From: Mobula hypostoma
Taxonomy: Eukaryota
NCBI RefSeq assembly: GCF_963921235.1
Contig: NC_086097.1
Span: 7,502,001-7,566,000, forward strand
Length of the DNA: 64,000 nucleotides
Direction of reading: 5' to 3'
Shown here: positions 48,605 through 61,548 of the stretch, in pieces
Layout: each line of letters starts with the position of its first letter
How positions within the stretch are numbered: position 1 is the stretch's first letter
Made by a program: the position numbers and the translations under genes
The notes under the pieces: generated by a model
Told to the model about the DNA's origin: nothing
The model's input: only the letters and a program-made list of their open reading frames with translations
The model's database searches: none

Positions 48605-51600
48605 TTAATTAGATGGAACAGAGTGGTTTAAACTAATACGACAGAGGGAAATGGGAACCAGTATGATAGAGCTGAGGATGAGCCAGCAGGTTTACAAGTA
48701 GATGATGGGTGTAACATGAACGTAAGGAAGGGCAAGCCAATGATTGGGTACAAATGAAGACAGAGCAAAGAGTTAAGTTGTACCACAGACTCAAAATTCA
48801 AAAGGGGGAAGACTGCAGGACTGAAGGGGCTGTATTTATTGCATGTAGCATTTGGAATCAGGTGGACGAACTGGTGATACAATTGGAGATTGGTCAGTAT
48901 GATATTGTGGGCATCACTGAGTCGTGGCTGAAAGAAGGCCATAGATGGAAACTTAACATCAAAGGATATACTTTGTATCAGAAGGACAGGTAGAAGGGCA
49001 TAGGAGGTGGTGTGACTCCATTGGTATGAGATGAAGTTACATTTTTTGAAAGCGGTGACATAGGGTCAGAGAATGTTGAATCTTTGTGGGTGGAGTTAAG
49101 AAACTGCGAGGGTAAACAAACATCATGGGAATCATTTATAAACCTCCAAATATTAGCCAAGAGGTGGGGTTGAGATTGTTAAGGGAGCTCGAAAAGGCAT
49201 GTAATAAGGGTAACGTCACAATTGTAATGGGGAATTTCAATGTGCAAGGGGATTGGGAAAATCAGGCTGGTGGCGGATTGCAAGAGAGGGAATTTGTTGA
49301 ATGCCTATGAGATGGCTTTTTAGAGCAGCTTGTTCATGAGCCTACTGAGGGAAATGCTATCTTAGATTGGGTGTTGTGTAATAACCCAGATCTTATTAAG
49401 GAGCTTAACATAAAGGAATCCTTAGTAAACAGTGATCATAATATGATTGAATTCATACTGCAGTTTGAGAGGGAGAAGCATAACTCACATGTCTCAATAT
49501 CACAATGGAATAAAGGGAATTGCAGAGGCATGAGAGACGTGCTTGCCCAGGTGGATTGGAGGAGGATACTGGCAGGATAACGGCAGGGCAGAGAGGGCTG
49601 AGGTTTCTGTGAATATTTCACAAGGCACAGGATAGATATGTCCCACAGAGGAAGAAGTTCTCAAATGACAGGGGTATGCAAATGTGGCTGACAAAGGAAG
49701 TTAAGGACTGTGTAAAAGCCACGGAAAAGCCATATAAGGTAGCAAAAGTGTGTGGGAAGTTGGATGATTGGGAAGTTTTTTTAAATCCAACAATAGACAA
49801 CTAAAAAGCTGTGAAATACGAGTGCAGACTACACAATAATATAAAGCACGATAGCAAGAAGATTTTTAGTTATATAAAGAGTAAAAGGGAGGTGTGGGTT
49901 GATATTTGACTATTGGAAAATGATGCTGGTGAGATAGTTATGGGGAACAAAGAAATGGTTTATGGGTACTTTACATTAGTTTTCACTGTGGAAGAGACCA
50001 TCAGTGTGTCAGAGGTCTGTGAGTGTCAGGGAGCAGAAGTGAGTGCCATTGCTGTAACAAAGGAAAAATTGCTAGGCAAACTCAAAGGTCTTATGGTGGA
50101 TAAGTCATCTGAATCAGATGGACTACATCCCAGAGTCTTGAGAGAGGTTGCTGAGGAGACAACGATGCTTTGGTCATGATCTTTCAAGAATCACTTGATT
50201 CTGGCATGGTCCCGTAGGACTGGAAAATTGCAAATGTCACTCCACTCTTTAAGAAGGGAGGAAAGCAAGAGAAAGGAAATTATAGTCCAGTTAGCCTAAC
50301 CTCAATGGTTGTGGAAGTGTTGGAGTCTATTATTAATGATGAGCATTCAGGGTACTTGGAAACAAATGATAAAATAATTGAAAGTCAGCATGGTTTCTGT
50401 AAAGGGAAACCTTGCCTGACAAATCTGTTAGGGTTCTTCGAGAAAGTAACCAGCAGGGTGGACAAAGGAGAGGCAGTGGATGTCATTTACTTGGATTTCC
50501 AGAAGGCATCTGATAATGTGCCACACATGAGGCTGCTTAACAAGAAAAAATCCCATGGCATTACAGGAAAGATACTGACATGGATAGCGGAATGACTGAC
50601 AGACAGGAGGCAACGAGAGGAAATAAAAGGGGCCTTTTCTCGTTGCCTGCCAGTGACTAGCAGTGTTCCTCAGGGGTCAGTATTGGGACCGTTATTTTTC
50701 ACCTTGTTTGTCATCGATTTAGATAATGGAATCGATGGCTTTGTGGCAATGTTTGTGGATGAAATGAAGATAGGTGGAGGGGTAGGTAGTGCTGAGGAAG
50801 CAATGCAATTGCAACAGGACTTGGACAAATTGGAAGAATGGGCAAAAAAGTGGCAGATGGAATACAGTGTTGGGAAATGTATGATAATGCATTTTGGTAA
50901 AAGCAACAATAGTGCGGACTGTTAACTAAATGGGGAGAAGGTTCAAACATCAGATGTGCAGAGAGACTTAGGAGTCCTCCTGCAAGTCCCAGAAAGTTAG
51001 CTTACAGGCTGAGTCTGTGGTAAGGAAGACAACTGCAATGATGCCATTCATTTCAAGGGGAACAGAACATAAAAGCAAGGTGATAATGCTGAGGCTTCAT
51101 GAGACACTAGCCAGGCCGTACTTAGAGTATTGTCAACAGTTTTGGGCTCCATATCTCTGAAAGAATTTGTTGTCATTGGAGAGAGTACAGCGGGGTTAAC
51201 ATATATGGAGAGTTTGGTAGCTTTGGGCCTGTACTCACTGGAACTGGACTCACCGGAGGAATGCAGGATGGGGGTGGGATCTCATTGAAACCTACTGAAT
51301 GTTGAAAGGGCTAGATAGGGTGGATGTGAAGAGGATGTTTCCTGTGGTGAGGTATCCACAACTAGAGGGCACAGCCTTAAAGTTTAGGTGTGACCTTTTA
51401 GAACAGAGGTAAGGAGGAATTTTTTAGCCAAAGAGTAGTAAATCTGTGGAATGCTCTGTCACAAACTACAGAGGAGGCCAAGTCCGTGCATGTATTTAGG
51501 CAGAAATTGATGTTTCCTAATTGGTCAGGACATCAAAGGATATGGCAAGAAGGCAGGCATACGGGGTTTTAGTGGGATCCGGGATCAGCCATGACAGAAT

Positions 51601-51658
51601 GACAGAGCAGACTTGATGGGCTGAATGACCTACTCCTGTTCTTATGTCTTATGGTCTT
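48605..51658 (+). mobile_element. CR1 LINE, ORF2 (APE plus RT) to 3' tail, decayed
   Basis: ORFs 48754 (DIVGITESW), 49125, 49371, 49913, 50305 (IYLDFQKA) and 50653 (VPQGSVLGP, FVDE); cttatgtcttatggtct tail. Confidence 0.95.
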
Positions 51659-51659
51659 A

Positions 51660-52335
51660 ACCAGTGATGCTTCAAATACAAGGCAACAGTTCAGAAGCCT
51701 AATGGCCTGGGGGAAGAAAGTGTTTCTCATTCTGACTGTTCTTGTTTTTATGCATCGTTGTCTCCTACCTGATGGTGGAAAGTCAAAGAGTATGTTGGAT
51801 GGATGGGTGGGATCCTTGATAATACTAAGCGCCCTGCATATGCAGTGCTCCTGATAAATGTCCTCAATGGATGGTAGGGAGACTCCTATGATCCTCTCAG
51901 CTGTTCTCACAGTCCTTTGTAGGGACTTCCGGTCTGACACTGGGCTGCTCCCGTTCCAGCTGGAGATGGAATTTACCAAGACGCTCTCAATGGTGCTCCT
52001 GTAAAATGCAGTTAAGATGGGGTGTGGGGTGGGGAGCTTTGATTGCCTCAATCTTCTAAAGAAGTGGAGGCTCTGCTGTACTTTCTTGTTCAGGGAGGCG
52101 ATATTTAGGGACCAGGTGAGAACATCCTTGATGTGAACTCCTAGGAATTTGCTGCACTTTTCTCTTCCTACGGGGGAGGCATGTATTTGCACAATGGGAT
52201 AGTTCATCTGCACCTTCCTCAAGTCCACAGTGATTTCCTTTGTCCTCTCCATATTCAGGCTTCAGTTGTTCTCAGACCAATCCATCAGCCGCTCCATTTC
52301 CTGTCTATACTCTGTCTCATCGTCATTCTTGGTAA
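51660..52335 (-). mobile_element. Rex1/Babar-like RT C-terminal region
   Basis: ORF 51569..52252 (TKEITVDLR..KFLGVHI..FYRSTIESVL..PSGRR). Confidence 0.88.
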
Positions 52336-52799
52336 GTTGTGTCAGTGGTTGACTTTATCAACTATGGATTAATTGAGTGTGAAAGCAAGAAAATGAATCT
52401 CTGGGTTGTATATGGTGACATAGATTTACTTTGATAATAAATTTACTTTGAACTTTAAATCATCAATCTACAGGCCATGACATTCAGAGGCTTGCGCTAT
52501 ATATATTTTTTGTGACTATGTTTTTCTTCTTTCCTAACCACATGTACTAAATGTGCTGTGTGTTGTGTGTGACTGTTGATGCTGTGTTTTGCAGCTTGAC
52601 CCCAGAGGAATGCTGTTTCATTTGTCTGTATTCATGTATACGGTTGATTGACAATTAAACTTGAACTTGAACTAGAACTATGCCTTGTAGCAAGATGTCT
52701 GTCGTAGCTTGTAAGATTGTTGATGACACATTTGTATCAAATGCATGGACAAGAAGCTCTAGATTTTTATTTGTCAAATATTTTTGGCTTGTTTTATCT

Positions 52800-53075
52800 A
52801 CCTTGGGTGGTTAGTGTGAATTTATTACAGCTAGGGATGTTCCAGAGTTCAGAGTTCAATTCCAGCTCCATCTATAAGGAGTTTGTACATTCTCCCCATG
52901 ACCATGTGGTTTTCCCCAGGTGTTCTGATTTCCTCCCACAGTCTAAAGGCAGGTAGATTAATTGGGCACTGTAATTGTCCTGGGTTAATCAGTTTTTTCT
53001 TGGTTGCTGCAGCTACATGGCTTGAAGGATTAGAAAGATTTACTCTGCACTGTGTCATAAAATAAATAAAAATAA
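52800..53075 (+). mobile_element. HE1-like V-SINE
   Basis: gagttcaattcc box B, V-domain-like core and (aaat)n tail. Confidence 0.7.
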
Positions 53076-53147
53076 ACCTACATTAACAGGAGCTAATGCA
53101 TGTCAAAGATCTAGTTTGGTGAAAATTTGACTTTCTCCTAACTCCAT

Positions 53148-53552
53148 TGACGAGGTTCAGTCATCATGGCGGTCGCTGGCAGGATTGGATCAAGTGCGGA
53201 GGACGGCGGACTGCCTCGGTGGTGGCTGGTAATGACGCAACCCAGGAACAGAGGAATGGTAGACTCCTATGCAGGGAAGGAAACAAGAGGTTAAGTGTAG
53301 GAATACCAATAGAGCATCAGAGGCACGACTGAGCCCCACAAACACACAAGTACTCTACTGCAGCACTAAATGAGATCCCCTTTAAATAATCATAGAATGT
53401 GGGAAACTCGTACCAGTCACAATTAACTTGGCAAGATTAAACTGAAAGCACCTGGGCTTAACAGCTCTAACAATTAGTAAACACAGGTGCCGCAGAAAGC
53501 CAGAAGGCTAACACTCTACAGCAAGCTACAGCAGCCTACATGGCTCATGACA
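53148..53552 (-). mobile_element. Candidate solo LTR
   Basis: Minus strand starts tgtcatgag and ends cctcgtca; internal tatttaaaggg TATA-like box; no clear TSD. Confidence 0.35.
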
Positions 53553-53944
53553 TAAACATCACTTTGTAACCATCACATAATTCAACAGTTTTTTTTGCTT
53601 TAAAAATGACTACAGTCTGACTTGTTTAGACTTAAACTTCATTTTGTTGTATACATATCAAACTCTTTCTTCACCTGCTTCTTCAACATACATGGAATTG
53701 AAATTCATAGTGGGTTAGTTCTACGATGGAGTTGATATGGTTATGGGCATAGTTGATATAATACCCATGAATCTTTCTCAACAGCACATCAAAGCAACAT
53801 CTATGCCGTCCATGCTTAGCTTCAATTTACTAACTCAATATTTACTGCTCAGTGATGGTTATGTGGTATAATTAGTAACAAATATTGGTAGTTCTATTTG
53901 CTGACCATCGTGATGCATTAAAAAATTCCCCCTGGCTTAAAGTT

Positions 53945-54430
53945 TGTGCATCATGGTAGTATAGTGGTCAGTGCATGTTATAACTCGAGGAGTTCTACAG
54001 ATGTACTGTGGAGAGCATTCTAACTGTCTGTATCACCATCTAGTATGGGGATGGGGGGTGGGGTGGGCTACTGCACAGGATTGAAGTAAGTGCAAAGAGT
54101 TGTAAATCTCCATCATGGCCACTAGCCTTCGTTTTATCCAGGACTATCCTACTACAGCTCGGGGTGTTATGGACTTCAGAGTTCAATCATGGCATCCTCT
54201 GCAAAGAGTTTCTGTACATCGTCTCTGTAGGATCCGAGGGTTTCCCACAGGCGCTCTGGTTTCCTCCCACTGTCCAAAGATGTACCGGGTATGTTAATTG
54301 ATCATTGTAAACAGTGCTGTGGATAGGTTAGGTTTAATTGGGGTTGTCAGGGTTTGCAGGGGTGGCATGGCCTAAAGGGCCAGAAGGGCCTACTTCACAC
54401 TGTATTGATAGATAAATAAATAAACAAACA
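53945..54430 (+). mobile_element. HE1-like V-SINE interrupted by a Rex1-like piece (about 53985..54150)
   Basis: Box B gagttcaatc, V-like core, tail gggccagaagggcctacttc; FYRCTVESIL remnant in the insert. Confidence 0.6.
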
Positions 54431-54749
54431 AAGAAACAAGTAAATGAATAGCATCTCAAGGGGTCGAGGGATCAAATTTCTTTGGCATATGCACTTACAT
54501 ATATTAGGAATTTACTGTGGTGTGTTGGCATGACATGCAACAAAAATAACAACATTCAACAACTGCGCTGAATAAAAATTAGGAAAGATATGGAATAAAA
54601 TATGTGTCAGTACATAAATATCAGCATGTATTTACAAAGTAAACAACATTAAGAAAAGTAGTTCAAAGTCTTTACAACGCAGTGACTGGGGTAAACAATC
54701 GAGGGGTGTGGGGAAGGGGGTAACCAGAAAGTCCCATCCACCATCAATC

Positions 54750-55030
54750 TTCAGGCCCTTTCGGCCCTTCCAGCCACAACACCCCAGCTATCCCGCTATC
54801 CCGATTCCTCCTAACCTAAACACAGGACTGTTTACAATGACCAGCTAGCCTACCCGGTACGTCTTCGGACTGTGTGAGGAAACTCAGCATCCAGTGAAAC
54901 CCCACAAATTCTCCAGGGAGGACATACAGAGGAGACTCCTGATAGAGGATGCTGGAATTGAACTCCAAACTCCAGAATGCCCCACGCCGTAATACCATCG
55001 TGTTAATTGCAACACTACTATGGTCTAACA
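54750..55030 (-). mobile_element. HE1-like V-SINE
   Basis: Minus-strand box B gagttcaattcc, V-like core and CR1-type tail. Confidence 0.65.
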
Positions 55031-55137
55031 TGCAACTGGTAAACCGGCCAAGACTGTGTCAAGACAGGTACTTAATTGAGATGATACACTTACTCTTATC
55101 TGTTTCCCAATTTGTATCTCTATAATTTCCAATTTTT

Positions 55138-55792
55138 AGACTAGATTTAGATTATGAGGACACACAGTCCTCCTTTATTGTCAATTAATAATGCATGCAT
55201 TAAGAAATGATATGATGTTTCTCCACAATGATATCACAGAGACACATGACAAACCAACTCATAAACTGACAAAAACCACACAATTATAACATATAGTTAC
55301 AACAGTGCAAAGCAATACCATAATTTGATAAAGAATAGACCATGGGCACGGTAAAAAGTCTCAAAGTCTCTCGAAAGTCCCATCATCTCACGCAGACGAT
55401 GAACCTCCAGCACCGCCAACTTGCCGATGCAGCAACCTGGAAGCACCCGACCACAGTCCGACTCCGAGACCGTCCGAAAACTTCGAGCCTCCGACCAGCT
55501 CTCCGACACTGAGCGCCAAGCACCATCTCCGCCGAGCACTTCGACCCCGGCCCCGGCAACAGGCAATAGGCAAAGCCAAGGATTTGGGGCCTTCCCCTCC
55601 AGAGATTCTCGATCACACAGTAGCAGTGGCAGCAAAGCAGGCATTTCAGAAGTTTTTCCAGGTGTTCCTCTGTGCTTCTCACGGTTGTATCCATCAAATC
55701 AGGATCGTGCACGGCCCTCAAGTTCACACATACGATATCATTCGGAACGGCCACATGCGCTGCATCGCGCCACCATCTTCTCCTCCCTCCTC
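55138..55792 (-). mobile_element. Non-coding retroposon (family B), probably full length
   Basis: Starts near aagatggtggcgcgatgc, CpG-rich, (aatcta)n tail; matches 28950..29432. Confidence 0.65.
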
Positions 55793-55921
55793 CTTTTAGT
55801 TTTGGATCTGAATCTGACACCAGAACAATCCTATATCTCTTATACCATTTAACTGAATGAAACACCATTTACTTTCTATGTCTTTTCATAAAATTTATTA
55901 TTAACCTTTGTGTTTTGGAAC

Positions 55922-56156
55922 ACATTTCAATTCCCACTGCTGTCTGTAAGGAGTTTGTACATTCTCCCCGTTACTACATGGGTTTCCTCCAGATGCTCCT
56001 GTTTCCTCCCACTGTCCAAAGATGTACCGGTTGGTAAGTTGGTTAGTCATTGTAAGTTTTCCTGTGATCAGGCTAGGGTTAAATTGTGGTATTGCAGAGC
56101 GGCTCAGCTTGAAGGGCTGGAAGGGCCAATTCCGTGCTGTTATCAATCAATCAAAA
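55922..56156 (+). mobile_element. HE1-like V-SINE, 5'-truncated
   Basis: gggtttcctccagatgctcctgtttcctcccactgtccaaaga. Confidence 0.7.
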
Positions 56157-56261
56157 AATCATCAGAACAAGTTTATTATCATTGACATATGTTGGGAAAT
56201 TTGTTGTTTGGCAGCAGTAGTACAGCACAATGGATTTAAAAAATAATGTAAGTTACAGTAA

Positions 56262-56580
56262 AGTAAAGTAAAGGCATCCGTTAGTCTTGCGAGACCATGG
56301 ATCTGTGCCTGGAAAGTCTTCACTCTCCAGGGCGCAGGCCTGGGCAAGGTTGTATGGAAGACCAGCAGTTGCCCATGCTGTAAGTCTCCCCTCTCCACGA
56401 CACTGATGTTGTCCAAGGGAAGGGCATTAGGACCCATACAGCTTGGCACCGGTGTCGTCACAGAGCAATGTGTGATTAAGTGCCTTGCTCAAGGACACAA
56501 CACGCTGCCTTGGCTGGGGCTCGAACTCACGACTTTCGGATCGCTAGTCGAACGCCTTAACCACTTGGCCACGTGCCCAC
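56262..56580 (-). mobile_element. tRNA-derived SINE (family C) with 12-bp TSD
   Basis: Box A tggccaagtgg, box B gttcgagcc, (tttac)n tail; TSD aagttacagtaa at 56250..56261 and 56581..56592. Confidence 0.88.
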
Positions 56581-56607
56581 AAGTTACAGTAAGAATCTAT
56601 AAAAATA

Positions 56608-56966
56608 ATTATCGTCATCATTATGTGTTGTATGACATGAGTGATTATGGTCTTATAACCAAGATTGTTTTTGGAAAATTTTTCTGCAGAAGTGGTTTGC
56701 CATTGCCTTCTTCTGGGCTGTGTCTTTACAAGACAGGTGACCCCTACCCATTATCAATACTCTTCAGAGGTCACATAACCCCCAGGACTTGAGATATGCA
56801 CCAGCTGCTCAAATACCATCCAGTCCCTGCTCCCACGGCTTCAAGTGACCCTGATCAGGGAGTAAAGTAGGTGCTGCACCTTGACCAAGGGTGAGCTGCA
56901 GGCTAGCAGAGGGAAGGAGCACCTTAAATCTCCTTTGGTAGAGACGTATCTCCACCCTGCCGCCCA
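56608..56966 (-). mobile_element. Short RTE-tailed retroposon (family A)
   Basis: Matches 8130..8620 and 36900..37293. Confidence 0.7.
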
Positions 56967-57174
56967 AATAATCAATAACTAAATACTGCAAAGTGAGTGC
57001 GAAGTAGTGTCATAGTGTTCAAGGAATTATGGACTGTTTAGAAATCCGATGGCAGAGGGGAAGAAGCTGTTTCTAAAATGTTGAGTGTGCATCTTCATTG
57101 TACTGTTTAGGTAAGTTCTCCCCAATTACTGGCAACTTTCTATTTTGTTATTTGCTTATTTCTTTAAACATTTT

Positions 57175-57440
57175 CATTCAAAGTTCAATTTATTGTCAAA
57201 GTAGAAATGTGTCAGCATATACAACCCCAAGATTCATTTTCCTATGGGCATACTCAATAAATCTATAGAATAATAACCATAATAGGATCAATGAAAGATC
57301 ACACCAACTTAAGCATTCAACCAACATGCAAAAGACAACAAACTGAACAAGTACAAAAAGAAAGAAATAATAAATAAACAAACAATAAATTTTGAGAACG
57401 TGAGTTGGAGAGTCCTTGCTTTAAGTCATGGAACATTTCA
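57175..57440 (-). mobile_element. Rex1/Babar-like 3' UTR
   Basis: Reverse-complement match to about 1030..1232 and 46530..46690. Confidence 0.6.
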
Positions 57441-57961
57441 ACAACCTTTTATGTGGAAATTTAAGAGCTTATTGATACACCAAAGCTTTTGATGTATCCA
57501 GCTTTTGAGTCAACTTCACCCAGCCAGCGTGTATGCCTGAAAACGATTGCGTTTTTAATTTTCCTGTGCTGTTAATCTGACTGTTGTTGCTTCTTACAAC
57601 AGACTGTTTACTGTGGGTTTAAACTATGAGGCTGATGTTAAAGCAAGTGATCGCTGGCTTTCATATGCACTCTGCAAATTCATTCACCCTTGACAACGGA
57701 ATCAAAGACAACCTCGCTTTTACTTTAGTCTTGCCTTTTTGCATTTCTGTCACCAATTTACAATGCATGTGCACACACATTTTTGTTGCTAACTGTACAA
57801 TGAAGTGTATGTTGAGAGATGTGAAAAGATATGCTACATTGTAGTTTAGCAATCTTAATAGCTTTCACAGATGTTCATATGTAAGTGCATGTCACATTCA
57901 GTTATATCATCCATTTATAACCACTACATTAAGCATTTCAGACCAGTTATTTCTCTAGCGA

Positions 57962-58370
57962 TTTTATTTATTTATTTAGAGATACAGCACAGAATAGGCC
58001 CTTCCGACCCTTTGAGCTGCGCAGTCCAAGCAACCCCCAACAACCCCAATGTAACTAACCTAATCACGGGACCACTTACAATGACCTATTATTCCTGAAG
58101 AAGGGTGTCGGCCCAAAACGTCGACTGTTTATTCATTTCTGTAGGTGCTGCCGGATCTGCTGATCCTCCCCCAGTTGCTATGGATTCTGCAGGCTTTCTC
58201 GAATTAATGATCAATCAGGTATACTTTTGGATTGTGGTAGGAAACAGGAGCACCTGGAGAAGACTCATGCATTCCATGGCAAGATGTACAGAGACTCCTT
58301 ACAGAGGAGGCCAGGACTGAACTCTGAACTCTGACACCCAGAGCAGTAATGGAGTCACGCTAACTGCTAA
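57962..58370 (-). mobile_element. V-SINE with a nested PLE pLTR piece (about 58090..58200)
   Basis: Minus-strand gagttcagagttcagtcc head and CR1-type tail; insert reads cctgaagaagggtgtcggcccaaaacgtcgactg. Confidence 0.6.
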
Positions 58371-58371
58371 T

Positions 58372-58780
58372 ACAGGAGCTCTGGTCATCTTTGTGAACAG
58401 AAAGAATGTGGTGTCTGAAAAGAGGATGCTGTCTAAGTTGCATGCCATCTTGGTCAATGTCTCCCACCCACTACATAATGTACTGGTTGGGCACAGGAAT
58501 ACATTCAGCCAGAGACTCATTCCACTGAGATGCAGCACAGAGCGTCATAGGAAGTAATTCCTGCCTGTGGCTATCAAACTTTACAACTCCTCCCTTGGAG
58601 GGTCAGACACCCTGAGCCAATAGGCTGGTCCTGGACTTATTTCATAATTTACTGGCATAATTTACATATTACTATTTAACTATTTATGGTTCTATTACTA
58701 TTTATTATTTATGGTGTAACTGTAATGAAAACCAATTTCCCCCGGGATTAATAAAGTATGACTATGATTATGAATATGAG
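58372..58780 (+). mobile_element. Rex1/Babar-like 3' end
   Basis: RMLSKLHAILVNVSHPLHNVL..FSQRLIPLRCSTERHRK..FLPVAIKLYN; (tatga)n-type tail. Confidence 0.8.
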
Positions 58781-58884
58781 TTCAGTTAACAGAATCTGAA
58801 AACAAGGGGTATATCTAAATATTTGATAAGATGCATATGAAATGATAACTCACTGGCAGCAGAATTATTGATATCAACACAGTA

Positions 58885-59718
58885 ATAATCACAAGAGGTT
58901 CTGTAGATGCTGGAAGTCCAGAGGAACACACACAAAATGCTGGAGGACCAAAACAAAAGAAAATCTGCAGTTGCTGGAAATCAAAGTAATACACACAAAA
59001 TTCTGGAGGAACTCAGATGGCCAGACAGCATCTATGTAAGAGAGTGAACAGTCGACGTTTCGTGCCAAGACCCTTCATCAGGATGCAATTCTGGTGGAAA
59101 TCCATCTGCAACAAGTAGGATTTCCCGATGTCTCACTATGTTTATTCCAATCCCCATTCCCATTCCGACATGTCAGTCGGTGGCCTCTTCCACTGCCGTG
59201 ATGAGCCTACTCTCAGGTTGGAGCAACTCCTCATATTCTGTCTGGCTTTCCTCCAACCTGATGGCAAGAACATAAATTTCCTTAACCTCCAGTAATTTTT
59301 CCCTTCCCCCTTCAGACATCTTCCATTCTTCACTCTGGCTTCCTTCTTGCCCCCTTCTCTTCTCCTCACCTGCCTATCACTCCCCCCAATGCCCATCCTC
59401 TTTCACTTTCTCCCATTGTGCACTCTCCTCTCCTATTAGATTTCTTCTTCTTCAACCCTTTACCACTGAACACCTTCCAGCCTCTCACATCATCGTCCCC
59501 TCCCCCACCTCCCAGGCCTCACCCATCACCTTTGAGCATGTCCTCCTTCACCTCCCCAAACTTTCTTATGATGGCTTCTTCCCCCTTCCTTGCCAATCTC
59601 AATGAAAGGCCTTGGACCAAAACATTGAGTTTTTACTCCTTTCAATCTTGACATGAAAAGTCGCCTTTCCATGGATGCTGTCTGACCTGTTGAGTTCATC
59701 CAGCATTTTGTGTGTTTA
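58885..59718. mobile_element. Penelope-like element: inverted pLTR (58885..59085, -) plus GIY-YIG end and pLTR (59100..59718, +)
   Basis: pLTR homology at both ends; hammerhead core at 59049..59084 (-); degenerate copy at about 59595..59630. Confidence 0.75.
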
Positions 59719-60996
59719 ACATCTGGCACAATGTTTGTCAAGACAGTAGTAAAATGCACTCAGCATTGAGATACAAAAGCCATGACCATACAGTACCAAG
59801 GTTGGATGCTAGATGTTCTGAATGATGTTGCGTATAATACTTTTAGCAGTAAGTACCTGCTAAATAGCTCAAATGTGTTTAAACGCCAGATTTTATTTGT
59901 TGACCATTTTAACTGAACTCTGTTTAACAGCAGTATTCTCCAGAGTTACATACAGATTTCTGAATTGTAATAGTTTTATCATAATTTTTTCTAATATTTC
60001 CTTTAGTTTTATACAGTAATCAAAATTTATGTATGTGTATATTGTATCATTTTCACCCATTTAAAATAATATGCTAATGAAATATGAAAGTTTTCTTTTT
60101 AATTTTGGAAGCAGCCACCCTGGAGCTATACCGAGACTGCTGCAGTGTTTGTGTGTGTGTGTCATAACAGCAATTGTAACTGCAGTTAATTAAACAGTGC
60201 ATGAAGCCCTCTGGTATTCCCTTAAAATATTTTAACAATGAGGATTTTATTTAAACATAAATTGAGATTTAGCATGTTTTCCCTCTGATTCTAACTACAG
60301 CATTTACATTTTCATAGTTCTCTCTCTCTCTCTTTTCTGTATCTCCTTTCAAATTTCGTTTTTCCCACTAATTGGTGTTCTCTTCCTAGACTAGCAATCT
60401 CATTTTCCATTTCTTGGCTCTGTGCTTTGTCACCTTTCACTTAGAGAGCAGAGTGGCCCAGCACAATGGAAGTCTTCTATAATACATACGATGATGATGA
60501 ATAGTCAACTATCTCTAAAGTTCCTCAAAACAAATGAGTTCTTGACCTTAATTATTTCCTGATGGAGAGACATCGAGTTCAACCAATGTATATTACATTG
60601 GTCTTCTGGAGATTAATTTAGAGCGATACTCACTCTAAGTAATCTTCATGCACCTGCCCTAGTACAAATACAAAGGTTTGTTAGTTCTGGACCATTTTGT
60701 ATGAGAGTGGAAAAGGAATGAAAAAAAACAATAAAATCACTTCCAGGCCTGAAGACAGCCAGATCAGAAGATAAAATATTTCAAAAGATTAAAAGTTACA
60801 TCACTTTACAATCACTTCAGACAATTAAAGGGCTTAGTAAACACAGTAAAAAGAAATTATGGTAAAGATTGAGTTTAGTAAATGAAATTCAAAACCTCCA
60901 AGCTTTGTGAAAACAGGTCCATGTTCTGTAACTCAATACCGTGTTCAGACTGAAGCAAGTTTAGAATTACTGTTGCTATAAAGCTATGTATTGGTG

Positions 60997-61001
<5 letters not shown>

Positions 61002-61039
<38 letters not shown>
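61002..61039. repeat. (GA)19 microsatellite
   Basis: Perfect dinucleotide run. Confidence 0.98.
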
Positions 61040-61042
<3 letters not shown>

Positions 61043-61548
61043 TCTCTATTTGTGCATTGCTTCGTGGCTGCAAGTTTTCTTGTCAGCACTCAATATGTGA
61101 CAGATTCAAAGTAATGATAATTGATGGTTGTGCTTGGATGTAGAGGCAACTCCCCTCTGCATTGCCTGTTAACATATCCAAAGTTGTTTGAAAACAATTG
61201 TTCAATAAAGCTCTTGGCATTAGCCACGCCAGTTGTTGGAATATGCTGAACACAAACCCTTCTGAGGTGGAATGTGACAGTTTTGCAAAGTGACACTGGC
61301 AGAGTGGAGCCTTAGCTGTGGCAAGCAGTGCAAAGAGGTCTACTGCACAGGCCCATACTTGCTGCAAATGTTCAAGCAATTGAAAGTTCAGAGTCAGGAT
61401 CAGAATCTCGTCTAATCTCACTGGCATACGTCATGAAAATTGTTTTGCGACAGCAGTACGCTGCAATAGATAATAATAAAAACTATAAATTACAGTAAGA
61501 AATATATTTTTTTAAATTAAATTAAGTATTTCGATGTCATTGAATTAG

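Noticed and set aside
51569..52252. 227-aa ORF as a host protein
   Set aside because: It is a Rex1/Babar RT C-terminus running into the antisense CR1 tail.
56500..56580. tRNA gene
   Set aside because: The A/B boxes form the head of a TSD-flanked SINE, and I could not build a complete cloverleaf. The same applies to 6680..6748 and 46350..46425.
57466..57503. Short hairpin gataca-c-caaa-gct-tttg-a-tgtatc as a miRNA or terminator
   Set aside because: The stem is too short for a pre-miRNA and could arise by chance. The same holds for the imperfect hairpin at 61134..61181.
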